From Octopus sinensis (lineage: Eukaryota), in assembly GCF_006345805.1 (NCBI RefSeq), contig NC_043012.1:21452001-21516000 (forward strand): a stretch of 64,000 nt of DNA. The letters run 5' to 3'. Positions 13,893 to 27,616 of this stretch are shown piece by piece. Made by a program: the position numbers and the translations under genes. The first letter of the stretch is position 1; every line of letters starts with the position of its first letter. Under the pieces are notes generated by a model. It was given only the letters and a program-made list of their open reading frames with translations. It had not been told where the DNA came from and ran no database searches.

Positions 13893-14230
13893 TTGCAACG
13901 TTTAACTATGAAATCAACATTGAAAGAAATCAACGACGTAATCTACTCTCTCCAACGCCGCCGCGAGCAGTACATCATTTGTACGATGTGGAGAATATAC
14001 CGCCAACTTTGCCCAAACGACCTGAAAATTAGTTTCAAGGTTCAGCCAAGGCTGGGACCACGGACCATACGTCCTCTGCCCAATTCAGGATCACAGCATA
14101 TAGGTACACTGCAACATAATTTCTTTTCCTCAACAGGCCCTGCCCTGTTTAACATTGTCCCGAAAGAGATCAAAGAGGAAAAGGACCCCAACTTTAAACG
14201 GAGTCTGGATAGATTCCTTCAAGAGAGATG
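13893..14230 (+). pseudogene. CR1/L2-group LINE ORF2 C-terminal fragment
   Basis: SLQRRREQYII..WRI ... HNFFSSTGPALFNIVPKEIK...FKRSLDRFL follows the typical LINE ORF2 C-terminal pattern. Confidence 0.75.
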
Positions 14231-14599
14231 GAGAAAAAAAGCAATTTAGCTCATTGCATAATCCAACAGTGAAAGCAAAATGAAACTCTGAGTGTTTACC
14301 TACTTTTTAGTTTCAAGCATGCCTGGTCACGGCATAACTTCATGCTTATATATCAGTGGTACAGCTTACAAAGCTGAGGCAGTATACAAGCTGTTGGCTA
14401 CTGTAGGTAGCGGTATGAAGATAGAATAGGTTGGTATAGATAAAGATAGCTGATCTAAAACTATAACAAGCAATACATAAATTATTCAATGAATTGATCC
14501 AATGTACCAGACATGAATCAAATAGCAAACACTCTTAGTTAAAACGGGACAGGTACAGTCTGTGAATCAGTGTAAGCAACCTACAATAACTTTATCATA

Positions 14600-15019
14600 G
14601 GCCGGGGCAAGTTGACACACTGTGTCAACGTCCTCCTGTTTACATGTGTCAACTTGCCCCGACCCCATTTCCCTCGTAAATGTAAACACTGAGAGAAAAC
14701 CGCAAGGGTTTCGCAAGAATTCATTTCTATAGGGTCGTGAGAGATATTCTACTAACTCTTTAAGGTTTCATACACATAATGCAGTCTTAAACGATATCCA
14801 AAATAACTAATTATCAAAAATGTCGAAAATAACTTACCAAGTGGAAACTTCCAATGTTGTTCGCGGGTAGCAGACAAACTCTCACAACGGCGACGAAATC
14901 AAAAGCTTATACTAAAAACACTACTATGATGTCATTAAATCGTCCGAAAGTAGTTTCACATTTTCTCTAGAGAAAATGTGTCAGCCTGCCCCTGTAGTCA
15001 ACATGCCCCGGTCTCCCCC
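14600..15019. mobile_element. pogo/Tc-like MITE
   Basis: TIRs ccggggcaagttgac / gtcaacatgccccgg, plus an internal hairpin at 14604-14662. Confidence 0.6.
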
Positions 15020-15029
15020 ACATATATAT

Positions 15030-15408
15030 ATATATAATTATTATTTGAGGGAATAAAATCCAAACTTACAAGGAAAAAAAATTCAATTTAGAATTACTAA
15101 ATCAAATTTCACACAATATAATATATATATAAAAAAATTAGAAAAAAACCACCTTCTATCAATTCAAAATGAACAATTAGATTACACCATCTAGAAAATT
15201 ACATATAATAGAAAAATTAAAATTAAAATAACAATAAAATGTCAAAGATTAAGTAAATTGTAGACGTTTTTATTATTATTTTTTGCAATTTACTTAATCT
15301 TTGACATTTTATTGTTATTTTAATTTTAATTTTTCTACTATATGTAATTTTCTAGATGGTGTAATTTAATTGTTCATTTTGAATTGATAAAAGGTGGGTT
15401 TTTTTCTA

Positions 15409-15420
<12 letters not shown>
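15030..15420. mobile_element. (TA)n-embedded AT-rich repeat with fold-back, related to 27617-27940 and 61010-61265
   Basis: Shares gggaataaa(a)tccaaacttaca with 27622-27640. Inverted arms about 15135-15260 and 15286-15412. Confidence 0.7.
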
Positions 15421-15458
<38 letters not shown>

Positions 15459-16036
15459 TTTTTCAGTTGACGTTTTTACCTGCTTCGGTCATTGGACTGC
15501 GGCCGTGCTGGGGCACCGCCTTGAAGAATTTCTAGTCGAATGGCTCTGCAGACTGCGATTGTCAATAAAAATAGAAATAAAATTATAAAATTCTTTCTGT
15601 GTGACAAAGTGCCAAATGATCTACGGACCCGGTGCTGGCCCGCAGCCTCATGAGAACCCCTGCCTTAGGAGATTTATAAATAAAATACCAGTCGACTACT
15701 GAGACCATTTTCCTAATTCTTCCTCTCAGAATAGACTCTATTGTGGAGTTTTCTGTCGATTCGCTAAAAAAAAAAAGGGGGAAAGAATATTTAAAAAACA
15801 TGTCAATTTTGCTTTTTGTTATTGCAGGGGTTTTTTGGTGGGGGGGGGCTTCTTTAAACAGTTTGTCATATTTATATTGATATGTTATATATCAATAATT
15901 TAGAAGATATAAACCAATTCTTTTTCCCTTTTAGTTCTTTTATGATAATTCTTTCGACCTTCTTTGAGATGAAAGAAGAATCTAGAAGCCGTTAATAAAT
16001 ATGTCGCTCCATGTGTTCTAGTGATTGAACAGAGTT

Positions 16037-16068
<32 letters not shown>

Positions 16069-16296
16069 TATTCATATGTATTATATAACATATTTTGTTA
16101 GATTATATTTAGCAAATCCATAGATATCTGAATTGAACAAATTGGATTTACGCCTACACAACATTGGACGTTTTTTATTACCGCCTCACATTTCATATGT
16201 ATTTTTCTAAGCAAAGAATTATGCATCAATGAATATAAGCAATATGGGTAATGCTTAATGTCTAGGTATTCGTGAGTGGGTCTCTGTGTGTGTGCA

Positions 16297-16335
<39 letters not shown>

Positions 16336-16469
16336 CGATATATAAGTATTTATTTATGCAAATATTTATTCTATGTAGAAACATATAATATACCTGAATA
16401 TTAACATTCGTATAAATATATATGCGTGTGTATACTACTGATATCAGTACATTTTGGCTTTGTGTGTGC

Positions 16470-16507
<38 letters not shown>

Positions 16508-16679
16508 TGTGTGTGTGTGTATGATAATTCCGATATCAAATTCCGTTGATTTTGACAAATTAGGTACCAGTAATATATACAGCTGTATTCTATTGACCGT
16601 TTCTCTTATCTCTGCATAACTTAGTGGTGTTGTCACTCGTCAAAAAGTGTACCAGAGGTTTCGCAGAATCGTTAAATCT

Positions 16680-18010
16680 CTGGAAAAAAGTGTTTTGCTG
16701 TATTTCTCTGGCTTTTAGTGTTCAAAAATTCAAATTTGCCTTTCATTTCTAGGGGCCCAATAAGCAAAGTACCAGTCAAATTCTTACTTGACGGTATCGT
16801 TTAACCCTCTGCCCTCGGCTGACCTAAATCATAATAATTATTTCTTGCTATTAGAGTCGCGAAGGCATCGGACAAAAAAAAACTTACAGTATTTTTTCCA
16901 GTTTTGTACTTTCTGAGTTCAAGTCGCGTTATTGTCGACAGTTTGGTCTTTCGTCATTGCGGGATCGATAAAATAATGAACTTGATCGATAGTATCAGCT
17001 AAGCCCCTCCCCTCAAAATTGATGCTCTTCTGCCCAAATCAGTAATCATTATTATTTTATGTTGTAAGGCGACAAACTAGCAGAATCGTTAGCACGACGG
17101 AAGGAATGCTTAGCAGCATTTTGTCCGTCTCTACGTTCAGAGTTCAAATTCCGTCGAGGTTGACTTTACCTTTCATCCTTCAAGGGTCGATAAAATAAGT
17201 ATCAGTTGATCACTTTAATCGCTGTAATCAACTTACCCACTCCCTGAAATTGCTGGCCGAGTACCAAATTTTAAATCATTACTATTCTGTACTGCAGACC
17301 AGTGGACTGACAGAATCGTAGGGGCATCGAACAAAATATCTCATAATTGCTTTGGCTGTTTGTATTCTTTGGTTATTTGTAACCTGGCAACTTTAACTTT
17401 GCCCATCATCCCTCCAGATTTATTAAAATACAAATGACATTCTGGGGTTAATTTAATTTACAAATCCTACTCTAAAAATCTGTCGTGTCTAAATCAGAAG
17501 CAATTAGTACTTTGTATGAAAAACGCAATGGATGCCAGAACCCCAAGTTTGACGGACAAGATGCCTTACGGTATTTATTTTGTTTCCTTTATGCTCTGAG
17601 TTCAAGTCCCGCCAAGACCAACTTTTATCCTTCCATGTTTCTGCTGTTGACTAAAATAAGTACCAATTAAATACTGCGGGTAATTTAATCGATAAACCCT
17701 CTCCCTTAAGAATTTGCGGTCATCTATTTATCTCGAGAACTATTTGTGCGTTGTAATTTTTTATTTTGCAATTTAACACCATAAACGAGTTGGAAAAATC
17801 GCTAGAACAATGGGCAAAATGCTTTGCGGCATTTCTTCCGGCTTATTGGGTTCTGAGTTCAAATCCTGCCGAGGTCAATTTTGCCTGTCATCCAATCAAG
17901 GTCGATAAAATAAAGTGCCAGTCAAACTCTGCGATCGATGATATAGAAGAATCCTTCCCCTCAAAACTGTTGGCCTTGTGCCTAATTAGAAACCATTTTA
18001 CATTGTAAAA
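16680..18010 (+). mobile_element. Cluster of about 5-6 old SINE family C copies
   Basis: Repeated gagttcaa..cc..cgaggtcgactt..ctttcatcc..ggtcgataaaataagtacc core with CpGs largely retained. Confidence 0.7.
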
Positions 18011-18871
18011 CTCATTGTGAATAAAATATACAACATCTGGCTGTCATTTGAGCAGTGTTCATGTATCTGCTTTTGTTGTGTCCTTCCGGGTGAGTCTTTG
18101 GATCGATAAAATATGTACAATGCATACTTCACTACAATTAAACAAGTTTATCCAATTATAACCCTCCATTACAAATTTCATATCTTGTGCCAATGTAAGA
18201 AATCAATTTTATAGCATCTGACCACAGGTCTTATTTAAAGTCGCATCATGAATCGAAACATCCTGGAAGTATGCCTGAAAATGCGGAAGATTTTTGCTTC
18301 GTTTCGTTTTTGTTTTGTTTTTCTTATTCAGGTCAGCCTTTAATGAGCAGGTGTATGATTAAAGGTGTTTCAGTCGTGACCATCCCAACTTCTTTTTGAA
18401 TGGACAGTGTATCTAGGATTTTATCATCCAGTGTGACCTCCAAGGCTGTGGTGCATTATTAGAGAGCGATGATTTGTCTGTTATATCTGACAGTCTGAGC
18501 CAACACGTAGATATTTCTTTAAAAGCTTCTTTCAGATACAACCTGGGGGAGTTTAAAAGCTATCAATTTTTTCATTAAATTACAAAAATGGGGTCTGGCA
18601 AACGAAAAGCCTATGCGGTGATTGGATAGCTTTCAAATTATTTCCAAGTCGAAACAAACACAAGGAAATCCTTATAAAAAAATTCATTATTTTCCAACCA
18701 AGAATCAGATTCGTGCAGATAGAAAAGCACACCGAACTATATAACAGGTCTCTATATTATCTCCATATAGTCGTCATATAGTCTCCATATAGCATTCATA
18801 TAATCTACGTATAGTTTCCATATAGTCTCCACATGGCCTTCATATAAGTCACCATATAGTCAGATAGCTTT

Positions 18872-19104
18872 AAGGCGGCGAGCTGGCAGAAACGTTAGCA
18901 CGCCGGGCGAAATGTGTAGCCGTATTTTCGTCTGCCGTTACGTTCTGAGTTCAAATTCCGCCGAGGTTGACTTTGCCTTTCATCCTTTCGGGGTCGATAA
19001 ATTAAGTACCAGTTACGCACTGGGGTCGATGTAATCGACTTAATCCGTTTGTCTGTCCTTGTTTATCCCCTCTGTGTTTAGCCCCTTGTGGGTAGTAAAG
19101 AAAT
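18872..19104 (+). mobile_element. SINE family C full copy with 18-bp TSD
   Basis: TSD atatagtcagatagcttt at 18854-18871 and 19105-19122. B-box-like GAGTTCAAATTCC. Tail ...ccccttgtgggtagtaaagaaata. Confidence 0.92.
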
Positions 19105-19569
19105 ATATAGTCAGATAGCTTTTCTATTTAAATCCACTTATGCCGAAACGCAGAAGAGTTTCGCCTAGTGGTCCGGATGTTAAGCACACACTCATAATGT
19201 CGTAGTTTCGGGTCCCAAAACCGAGCAGAGTTTTGTGCTTTTAGGCAAAACAATCCATTTCATGGTGCTCCAGTTTCACTCAGCTGAAAATGTGTCCCAG
19301 CATCCGTGGGGATTAACTCTGCCCTGGGCTGGTGTCTCGTTCTTTTATCAACCGCGAAAATCTGGACTAGTTCGGACTAAATAATCCTGTAAGCTCCTAA
19401 TAAAACTATAGGCCTTTGTATGTTGAGCCAAAAACACAAATCTACAACAGAATTCCATTCCATTTTGTTTTGAGACTTTTTGTTTTGCTTTTGATTGTTT
19501 TTTATTGATCAGCCCAACACTTCAAGCTTTCTACGCAAGTGTTTAAATAACATTATAATAATAACCAGG

Positions 19570-19953
19570 GTGGAGGCGCAATGGCCCAGTGGTTAGGGCG
19601 GACTCGCGGTCATAGGATCGCGGTTTCGATTCCCAGACCGGGCGTTGTGAGTGTTTATTGAGCGAAAACACCTAAAGCTCCACGAGGCTCCGGCAGGGGG
19701 TGGTGGTGATCCCTGCTCTACTCTTTCACCACAACTTTCTCTCACTCTTACTTCCTGTTTCTGTTGTACCTGTATTTCAACGGGCCGGCCTTGTCACTCT
19801 CTGTGTCACGCTGAATATCCCCGAGAACTACGTTAAGGGTACACGTGTCTGTGGAGTGCTCAGCCACTTACACGTTAATTTCACGAGCAGGCTGTTCCGT
19901 TGATTCGGATCAACCGGAACCCTCGTCGTCGTAACTGACGGAGTGCTTCCACC
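19570..19953 (+). mobile_element. SINE family B with 13-bp TSD
   Basis: TSD aataataaccagg at 19557-19569 and 19954-19966. Confidence 0.93.
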
Positions 19954-20378
19954 AATAATAACCAGGAATGAGTTGTTCGAAAAGGTAGCGTATTAATTCG
20001 CTATACGTTTTAAACAAATTTGTTATTGAATCATTGCTTTACAACGAGATAACTACTTTTTTTCCTAACCCCTGACAGCTTTCCATGTAAAGACATTTCA
20101 TATTTCACAAAACATCGTTACTTTCTGTAACTTTGGACATAAGCGCAAACATGGCTGTGTGCTTAAGGCGTTCACTTTCGCAGCTTCGTGGTTTCCGGTT
20201 CGATACCTCCAACTACTCAAAGCATAGAACCAGGTATCTTCTATCATTGACCTCGGATCGACCGAAGTCTTGTGAGTAGATTTTCGTTGACGGGAGATTG
20301 TGTTGGATGTCCGTCGACGAGAACGCTTCTTTTCATGGGTGATGGGGTCGGTCTGTCGTCCGAGTCGTAAACACAAAG

Positions 20379-20413
<35 letters not shown>

Positions 20414-20592
20414 AGGATACAGCTTCATATCGATATATGTAGATGCATACGTAAACATATATATGTGTGTGTTGTGTGTGTGTGTGTGTGTGTGGTGTGT
20501 GTGTGTGCGTGTGTGTGTGTGTATGTATATATATATATATATATATATACGTATATCTATGTACATAATATACATATATACATATATATATA

Positions 20593-20806
20593 TACTCTTT
20601 TACTTGTTTCAGTCATTTGACTGCGGCCATGCTGGAGCACCGCCTTTAGTCGAGCAAATCGACCCCGGGACTTATTCTTTGGAAGCCCAGTACTTATTCT
20701 ATCGGTCTCTTTTGCCGAACCGCTAAGTGACGGGGACGTAAACACACCAGCATCGGCTGTCAAGCAATGCTAGGGGGACAAACACAGACACACAAACACA
20801 CACATA

Positions 20807-20841
<35 letters not shown>

Positions 20842-21003
20842 GACAGGATTCTTTCAGTTTCCGTCTACCAAATCCACTCACAAGGCATTGGTCGGCCCGG
20901 GGTTATAGCAGAAGACACTTGCCCAAGATGCCACGCAGTGGGACTGAACCCGGAACCATATGGTTGGTTAGCAAGCTACTTACCACACAGCCACTCCTGC
21001 GCC
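20593..21003 (-). mobile_element. SINE family A, full length
   Basis: Identity to the other copies. Confidence 0.92.
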
Positions 21004-21436
21004 TATATATACATATATACATATATATGCACACGCTTTTGTTTGCATTTATGTGTGTATGCAAGTATGTATGCCTCCGTATAACTAAGTGTATTCCTCT
21101 ACTGTAGCGGAAACGCACGTCTCATTCAAATTTACGGAAAGTAGAGAATTTAATGGTTATTGCCTCGAAACTCGTAACTTCAGTAGTTAAAATTCGATAT
21201 AATCATATAATATACAGATATGTGTGTGTTTGTGTGTTTATGTGTGTGTATGTGTGTGTATACATATATATATATATATATTATATGTTGAAAAATACAA
21301 ACTGGGACAAGACATATATACAGATATATATATATATACACACATATATAAAGAGAGAGAGATACACGCATACACATATAAATACACATTTATACCAACA
21401 TGGGTTATGCATACATGTGCATATAAACTTATACAG

Positions 21437-21545
<109 letters not shown>

Positions 21546-22067
21546 TTACGAGTGCAGGCGCATGCGCGATCGAGTATGTGCAGCAGTTATGGCTCAAAAT
21601 GTAAAATTCACATTTACAGCTTGAAAGTAAAATATTTATAAAAAAAGCTCATTTATGCTGTTGTAGGTTTAGATGTTCGTTGTATGTATGTAGTTAGATT
21701 TTGATAACAGAGTGTTAAAAATAGAATTTTAATAGTGCTATTACACCGAAAATGTCGCTAGAAGCTAGGATCACCAAGCATAGATTGGCATATTTTGGTA
21801 ATTTCTGAATCTCTGTGTTCTGCACATATGGTAACAATGATGGCATGTCTTTTCATTTCTTGTGTCAACATTTTGTCTGCCATGAGAGATCTACAAAGCA
21901 TTGAGTCCACACTGTAAAGTGGTTGGCATTCAGAAAGCCCTTCCAGCTATAAAACCCATGCCAAAACTGACCTCACTTGTGCTTATGCCATGTAAAATGT
22001 ATTCAGCCCACTCTGCAAAGTGGTTGGTGTTAGGAGGGGCATCCAGCCATAAAAACCCTGTCAAAAT

Positions 22068-22404
22068 TTGGTGTTGGAGAAGACTTTTACGGATTCCATG
22101 GACAGCGAGGCTCACCAATGGAGAAGTTCTTAAGCAGATAAGGCCGAGAATGTCGCTAGAAGCTAGGATCACCAAGCATAGATTGGCATATTTTGGTCAT
22201 ATTATGCGGAGAAAATCCCTGGAGAAGGACATCATGCTCGGAATGGTCAGTGGCAAGAGAGGAAGAGGCCGACCAAGAACCCGCTGGCTTGACACCATCA
22301 AGTGTGATACCGGAATGGACATAGCCAATCTGAAAGAAGCGGCCCAGGATAGAACTGACTGGAGGACACTGATCCATCGAGTAACCGAGAGTCGACTTCG
22401 ATAG
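22068..22404 (+). pseudogene. RTE (BovB-like) LINE 3' fragment
   Basis: WCWRRLLRIPWTARLTNGEVL...YFGHIMRR..LEKDIMLG...GRGRPRTRWLD...AQDRTDWR is a canonical RTE ORF C-terminus. Confidence 0.88.
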
Positions 22405-22494
22405 ATATTATACTACACCGAGGCAGATATACTAAAGTTGAATGGATGTTATGTAAAATTGTAAGAGCACATCCAATTTTTTTCTATATATAAT

Positions 22495-22800
22495 AATCCC
22501 TTGCTATATCGCGGTTCACCTATCGCGGTTCACCTATCGCGGTTTATTATTTAAGCTCCATGATGTTGTTTTGCATTTATAATAAAATAAATATGTATAA
22601 ATTAAGAAAATATATTTTTTTAAATATATATATAGGCGCAGGAGTGGCTGTGTGGTAAGTAGCTTGTTTACCAACCGCATGGTCCCGGGTTCAGTCCCAC
22701 TGCGTGGCACCTTGGGCAAGTGTCTTCTACTATAGCCTCGGGCCGACCAAAGCCTTGTGAGTGAATTTGGTAGACGGAAACTGAAAAGAAGCCCATCGTA

Positions 22801-22837
<37 letters not shown>

Positions 22838-23130
22838 GTGTGTTTGACCCCTAGCATTGCTTGACAACCGATGCTGGTGTGTTTATGTCCCCGTTACTTA
22901 GCGGTTCGGAAAAAGAGACCGATAGAATAAGTACTGGGCTTACAAAAAGAATAAGTCCCGTGGTCGAGTTGCTCGATTAAAGGCGGTGCTCCAGCATGGC
23001 CGCAGTCAAATGACTGAAACAAGTAAAAGAGTAAAAGAGTATATACAGTACAGCACTGTTTCTACTTCGCGGATTTTCACCTATTCCGAGGTTCTCTGGA
23101 ACGTAACACCCGCGATAGTCGAGGGATTAA
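22495..23130. mobile_element. pogo/Tigger-like MITE interrupted by a SINE-A insertion
   Basis: TIR-like ends taatcccttgctatatcgcgg / ccgcgatagtcgagggatta. Confidence 0.6.
22635..23041 (+). mobile_element. SINE family A, full length
   Basis: ggcgcaggagtggc head to agagtaaaagagta tail. Confidence 0.92.
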
Positions 23131-23340
23131 GGTACATGAGCTACCTCATTTGCACAAATACAGATTCAAGGCGACTGTGTCCATTTCCGTAAAATGAATT
23201 TACCTGAATGGTTGCATTCTGAAAGTTTCAGACTCAACTTTTAAACATACTTCTTACTGTAATGAATATTTTAGCATTCGTTTTTTTTTTTTTCTCTTTT
23301 CTTCCCTCCACCCCAGTGCACACATAGATAGATAGATAAG

Positions 23341-23640
23341 TTTCTTTATTGGCCACACAGGGCTGCACACAGATGGGACAAGTTACAAGGTAGAGCTTTT
23401 CTTTTGGGGGATGAAAAAAGGGGGTGGCGTAGGTTTTCGATCAAGAGGGATCGTAAAAGGGAAGAAAAGAACAAAAAAATAAAAAATAAAAAAAATAAAA
23501 AATAGAATAAAAAATAAAAAGAATAAAAGGAAAAAAAAGAAAGGGAAAAGGAACAAAAGAAAAGAGAAATGAAAAAAGAAGAAAAAAGGGGAAGAGGAAA
23601 AAGAAAAAAAGGAACGATCAATAGGGATCGTGTATCACAG
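23341..23640 (-). mobile_element. Putative LINE 3' UTR end (pyrimidine-rich, AATAAA tail) next to (GATA)n
   Basis: The minus strand ends cttgtaacttgtcccatctgtgtgcagccctgtgtggccaataaagaaa. No coding part is present, so LINE identity is inferred. Confidence 0.45.
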
Positions 23641-23674
23641 TGTTATGATATATGGTGTAAAGGGGAAAGCAAAT

Positions 23675-23753
<79 letters not shown>

Positions 23754-24097
23754 TAGATATAGATATAGATATAAATATAGATATATATGAAAGAAAGAGA
23801 GAGAGATGATGCGTAGTCTCAACCTTTCTACATGCTTTTTGCTGTATCCTACTGATACTGTTGCCCTGTATTCCATCACTTCACTGATGATAATTTTCAC
23901 AACGGGGAATTGATAAGATTATGTCATTTTTCAACAAGCAATTGTGTAATCATGTCGGCTGACTTACCGAAACCCGAGTATGTTTAATAATGCCTAAAAT
24001 ATCAAATATGATACCCAATATATTTTCTCTATTTTATCAATACCACACACACGCACACAAAAACGCATACACACACGTATATATGTATGTATACATA

Positions 24098-24216
<119 letters not shown>

Positions 24217-24572
24217 GAAGGCAACCATAGCCAGTAATCTTTGACGACCGTCATGTATGCTTTCATTTAATTAAATATTTACATTATTGATTTTGTACTC
24301 TTGTTTGTTATTTTTCTTGTTTTATTGTTGTTCTGTTTTGTTCATTCCCTTTCTGTGTGTCTCTGATCTCCATCCTTAATCTGCGTTTCTTTATTTGTGC
24401 ATTTCTTTCGTCGTATGTTTGTTTGTTTGTTTTCTAGAAAAAAAACTTCAAATAATTCCAATTTTTCATAACTAAATTTCACAATATATATTGTTTGTCT
24501 AATATGTTTCAACTAAAATTAGCTTAAAATTAGAAAAATTCCTCCACAAATATTTTTCTTGTTTGTCATATA

Positions 24573-24745
24573 GGCGCAGGAGTGGCTGTGTGGTAAGTAG
24601 CTTGCTAACCAACCACATGGTTCCGGGTTCAGTCCCACTGCGTGGCATCTTGGACGAGTGTCTTCTGCTATAGCCCCGGGCCGACCAATGCCTTGTGAGT
24701 GGATTTGGTAGACGGAAACTGAAAGAAGCCTGTCGTATATATGTG

Positions 24746-24808
<63 letters not shown>

Positions 24809-25054
24809 TGTGTGTGTGTGTCTGCGTGTGTCTGTGTGTGTCTGTGTTTGTCCCCCTAGCATTGCTTGACAACCGATGCTGGTGTGTTTACGTCCCCGTC
24901 ACTTAGCGGTTCGGCAAAAGAGACCGATAGAATAAGTACTGGGCTTACAAAGAATAAGTCCTGGGGTCGATTTGCTCGACTAAAGGCGGTGCTCCAGCAT
25001 GGCCGCAGTCAAATGACTGAAACAAGTAAAAGAGTATAAAAGAGTAAAAGAGTA
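24573..25054 (+). mobile_element. SINE family A, full length
   Basis: Identity to the other copies. Confidence 0.92.
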
Positions 25055-25710
25055 TATAGACACGAAGAGGAACAGAAAAAAAGACAACTTTCAATGAAAA
25101 CCTTGTGAGAAAATCAAACTTTACCACAAGCAATTTCCAGTACAGTTGTCTATATTTGTACTGTAATCATCTTCTATGATTACTATGGCAACCTATTGTT
25201 CAGACTCTTCCACAAAGGACTCGTTTTCGATCAGTAACCACGCCAAAACTTAATACGATAATTAAATACGCCCTAAATTTGTTTTATTTCTTTTCTTGGT
25301 TTTGTCGCTTCTCATTAGGGATTTTTGTGCTCTCTGGAAATATCTGCTGCTTGGATTGGTCTTCCTTTGTTTATCGTTAGCTTCCTCTTCTCGTTCCCTA
25401 TCGTTTCTCCCTCTTCAACTCCGTCTTTATCCATCAACTCCCCCTTTCACCACTCATTGTTTCTCTTTCACCCTCTTACTCTCTCCCCCTCTTTTTTACT
25501 CTCTCTCTCTCTCCTCTCGGTCTCTTATGCTCACAAATACACACATACAGGCATACGCATATATACATGCATACATACATGCATATATATATACATGCAA
25601 ACACACACATACAAATATATACACAGTCACATACATATTCAAGCTTCTCAATATCTCTTTTATTCACTCTCGTCTTCGATTCTCGTTTTCCTCCCCTCTC
25701 CTCTCTCTCA

Positions 25711-25762
<52 letters not shown>

Positions 25763-25815
25763 GTCTATCTATCTATCTATCTATCTGTCTATCTATCTAT
25801 CTATCTATCTATCTG

Positions 25816-25862
<47 letters not shown>

Positions 25863-25883
25863 GTCTATCTATCTATCTATCTG

Positions 25884-25914
<31 letters not shown>

Positions 25915-26057
25915 GTCTATCTATCTATCTATCTATCTATATATCTATCTATATATATATCTATCTCTCCCTTTCTTGCTCTGCTTCTCCGTCTTTCTTT
26001 CACTCAATGTTTGAAATCTTTTCTTTTTCCGCTTTTTGTCTTTCTCCGTTTTTCCTT

Positions 26058-26091
<34 letters not shown>

Positions 26092-26326
26092 TCACTCATT
26101 CTCGCATGCATATATTGACACCACACACAATCTCGTATACATATTCTCTTTCTCAAAATCTCTCTCTCTCTCTCTCTCTCTTACCGCTTTCTCTATATCT
26201 CTATATGTTTCTCTCTCACTTCCTCTCCCTTCTTCACTTCATCTCTCAATATATATCTTCCTCTCCCTCATTCTTTCTCTCTCATCCAAATTCTCTCTCT
26301 CTCTCTCTCTCTCTCACTCACTCTCC

Positions 26327-26365
<39 letters not shown>

Positions 26366-27616
26366 CATCTTTCCTTTTCTGTTTTACTTCCATTTTTACT
26401 TTCTCTTTTTTTTGTAATTGTTTTCTTTTTCGTTCCCCCTTTTCGAACATCCCTTTTTAATATAACCCCGCTTAATATTTCCCCCATCTTGTACGCTGTA
26501 AAATGTTTCAATTCTCAGAATTTCCACTTCTGCAAACATCAATATTCCTAATCCGAACTTGATGTTATTAACACACGCAGCAAAAGACGATAGCTAGAAA
26601 AATCTCAAGAGCAAACCACACAAAACGTCTTACAGTATTTAGTTAATGGCCGTCCCTTTACAATATAAATTCAAATCCCTCAGGAATCGACTTTGCATTT
26701 CACTTCATTCTACCGAGATCGATAAAATAAGAAATAGTCAGATGTTGGGAATGGAGTTGATTAAATAGACCACAGTCCTGTTGTTCTGGCTTTGTGTCAA
26801 ATATAAAAATCATTAAAACGCACAGAGCAGATTCGATAAAGCTCCGAACATTGGAGTGTACAGAGTTACGTACCTTTACAATGGGGATTCAAAGCTTGCT
26901 GTGATCGACTTTGCATTTCACTAAGAGATCGATAAAATAAGAACCTTTTATATAGATGGGAGGGGTTTCTCTTCCATTGATTACATCCCTTCTTTACATA
27001 TTTGAAGATTTGCACCAAATTTAGAAATCAGCTTTATCAAAACACTGGACTCAATCTTGTATCGATTATCCAATCTGATAATGAATCAATATTGATATCA
27101 AACTTTGGCACAGGGCCACATATTTTCGTTGGAAAAGGGGTCGATTGAATCAACCCAAGTTTTTGATCGGTATTAAATTTATCGGCTGCGATAGGATGAA
27201 ATCAAAACAGTACAACTAATCACAAGGCCTGCCTATAGATCGGCAGAATCGATAAAGGGCCGTACAAAATATCATGTGACCTTTAATTACGTCCCTTCGC
27301 GTCCAGAGTTCAAATCTGATTAGGGATTACTCAGCCATTCATCTAGGATTCATGAAATAAAGACTTAGTAAAGTATTGGTTGTCGATGCAGTCGACAATA
27401 TCCTCCCTTCCTCCCTCCCCTAAAACGGATAATAACCTTGTCCCAATTCTAGAAACCAACATTATTATGATTTCTAGCAAAAACAGAGTCCCTATGTGGG
27501 GTTAGGGACAATGAACCTGCGAGAAATAACCAATATGTGTGACAATAATAAAGATGTTATGGCGAAAGTGTAGATAAATTTTGACTTACCCTCGTATATA
27601 TATATATATAATAAAA

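Noticed and set aside
25296-26417. 373-aa ORF, the longest outside UBE2J1
   Set aside because: Composed almost entirely of CT, CA and CTAT repeats that lack stop codons in this frame.
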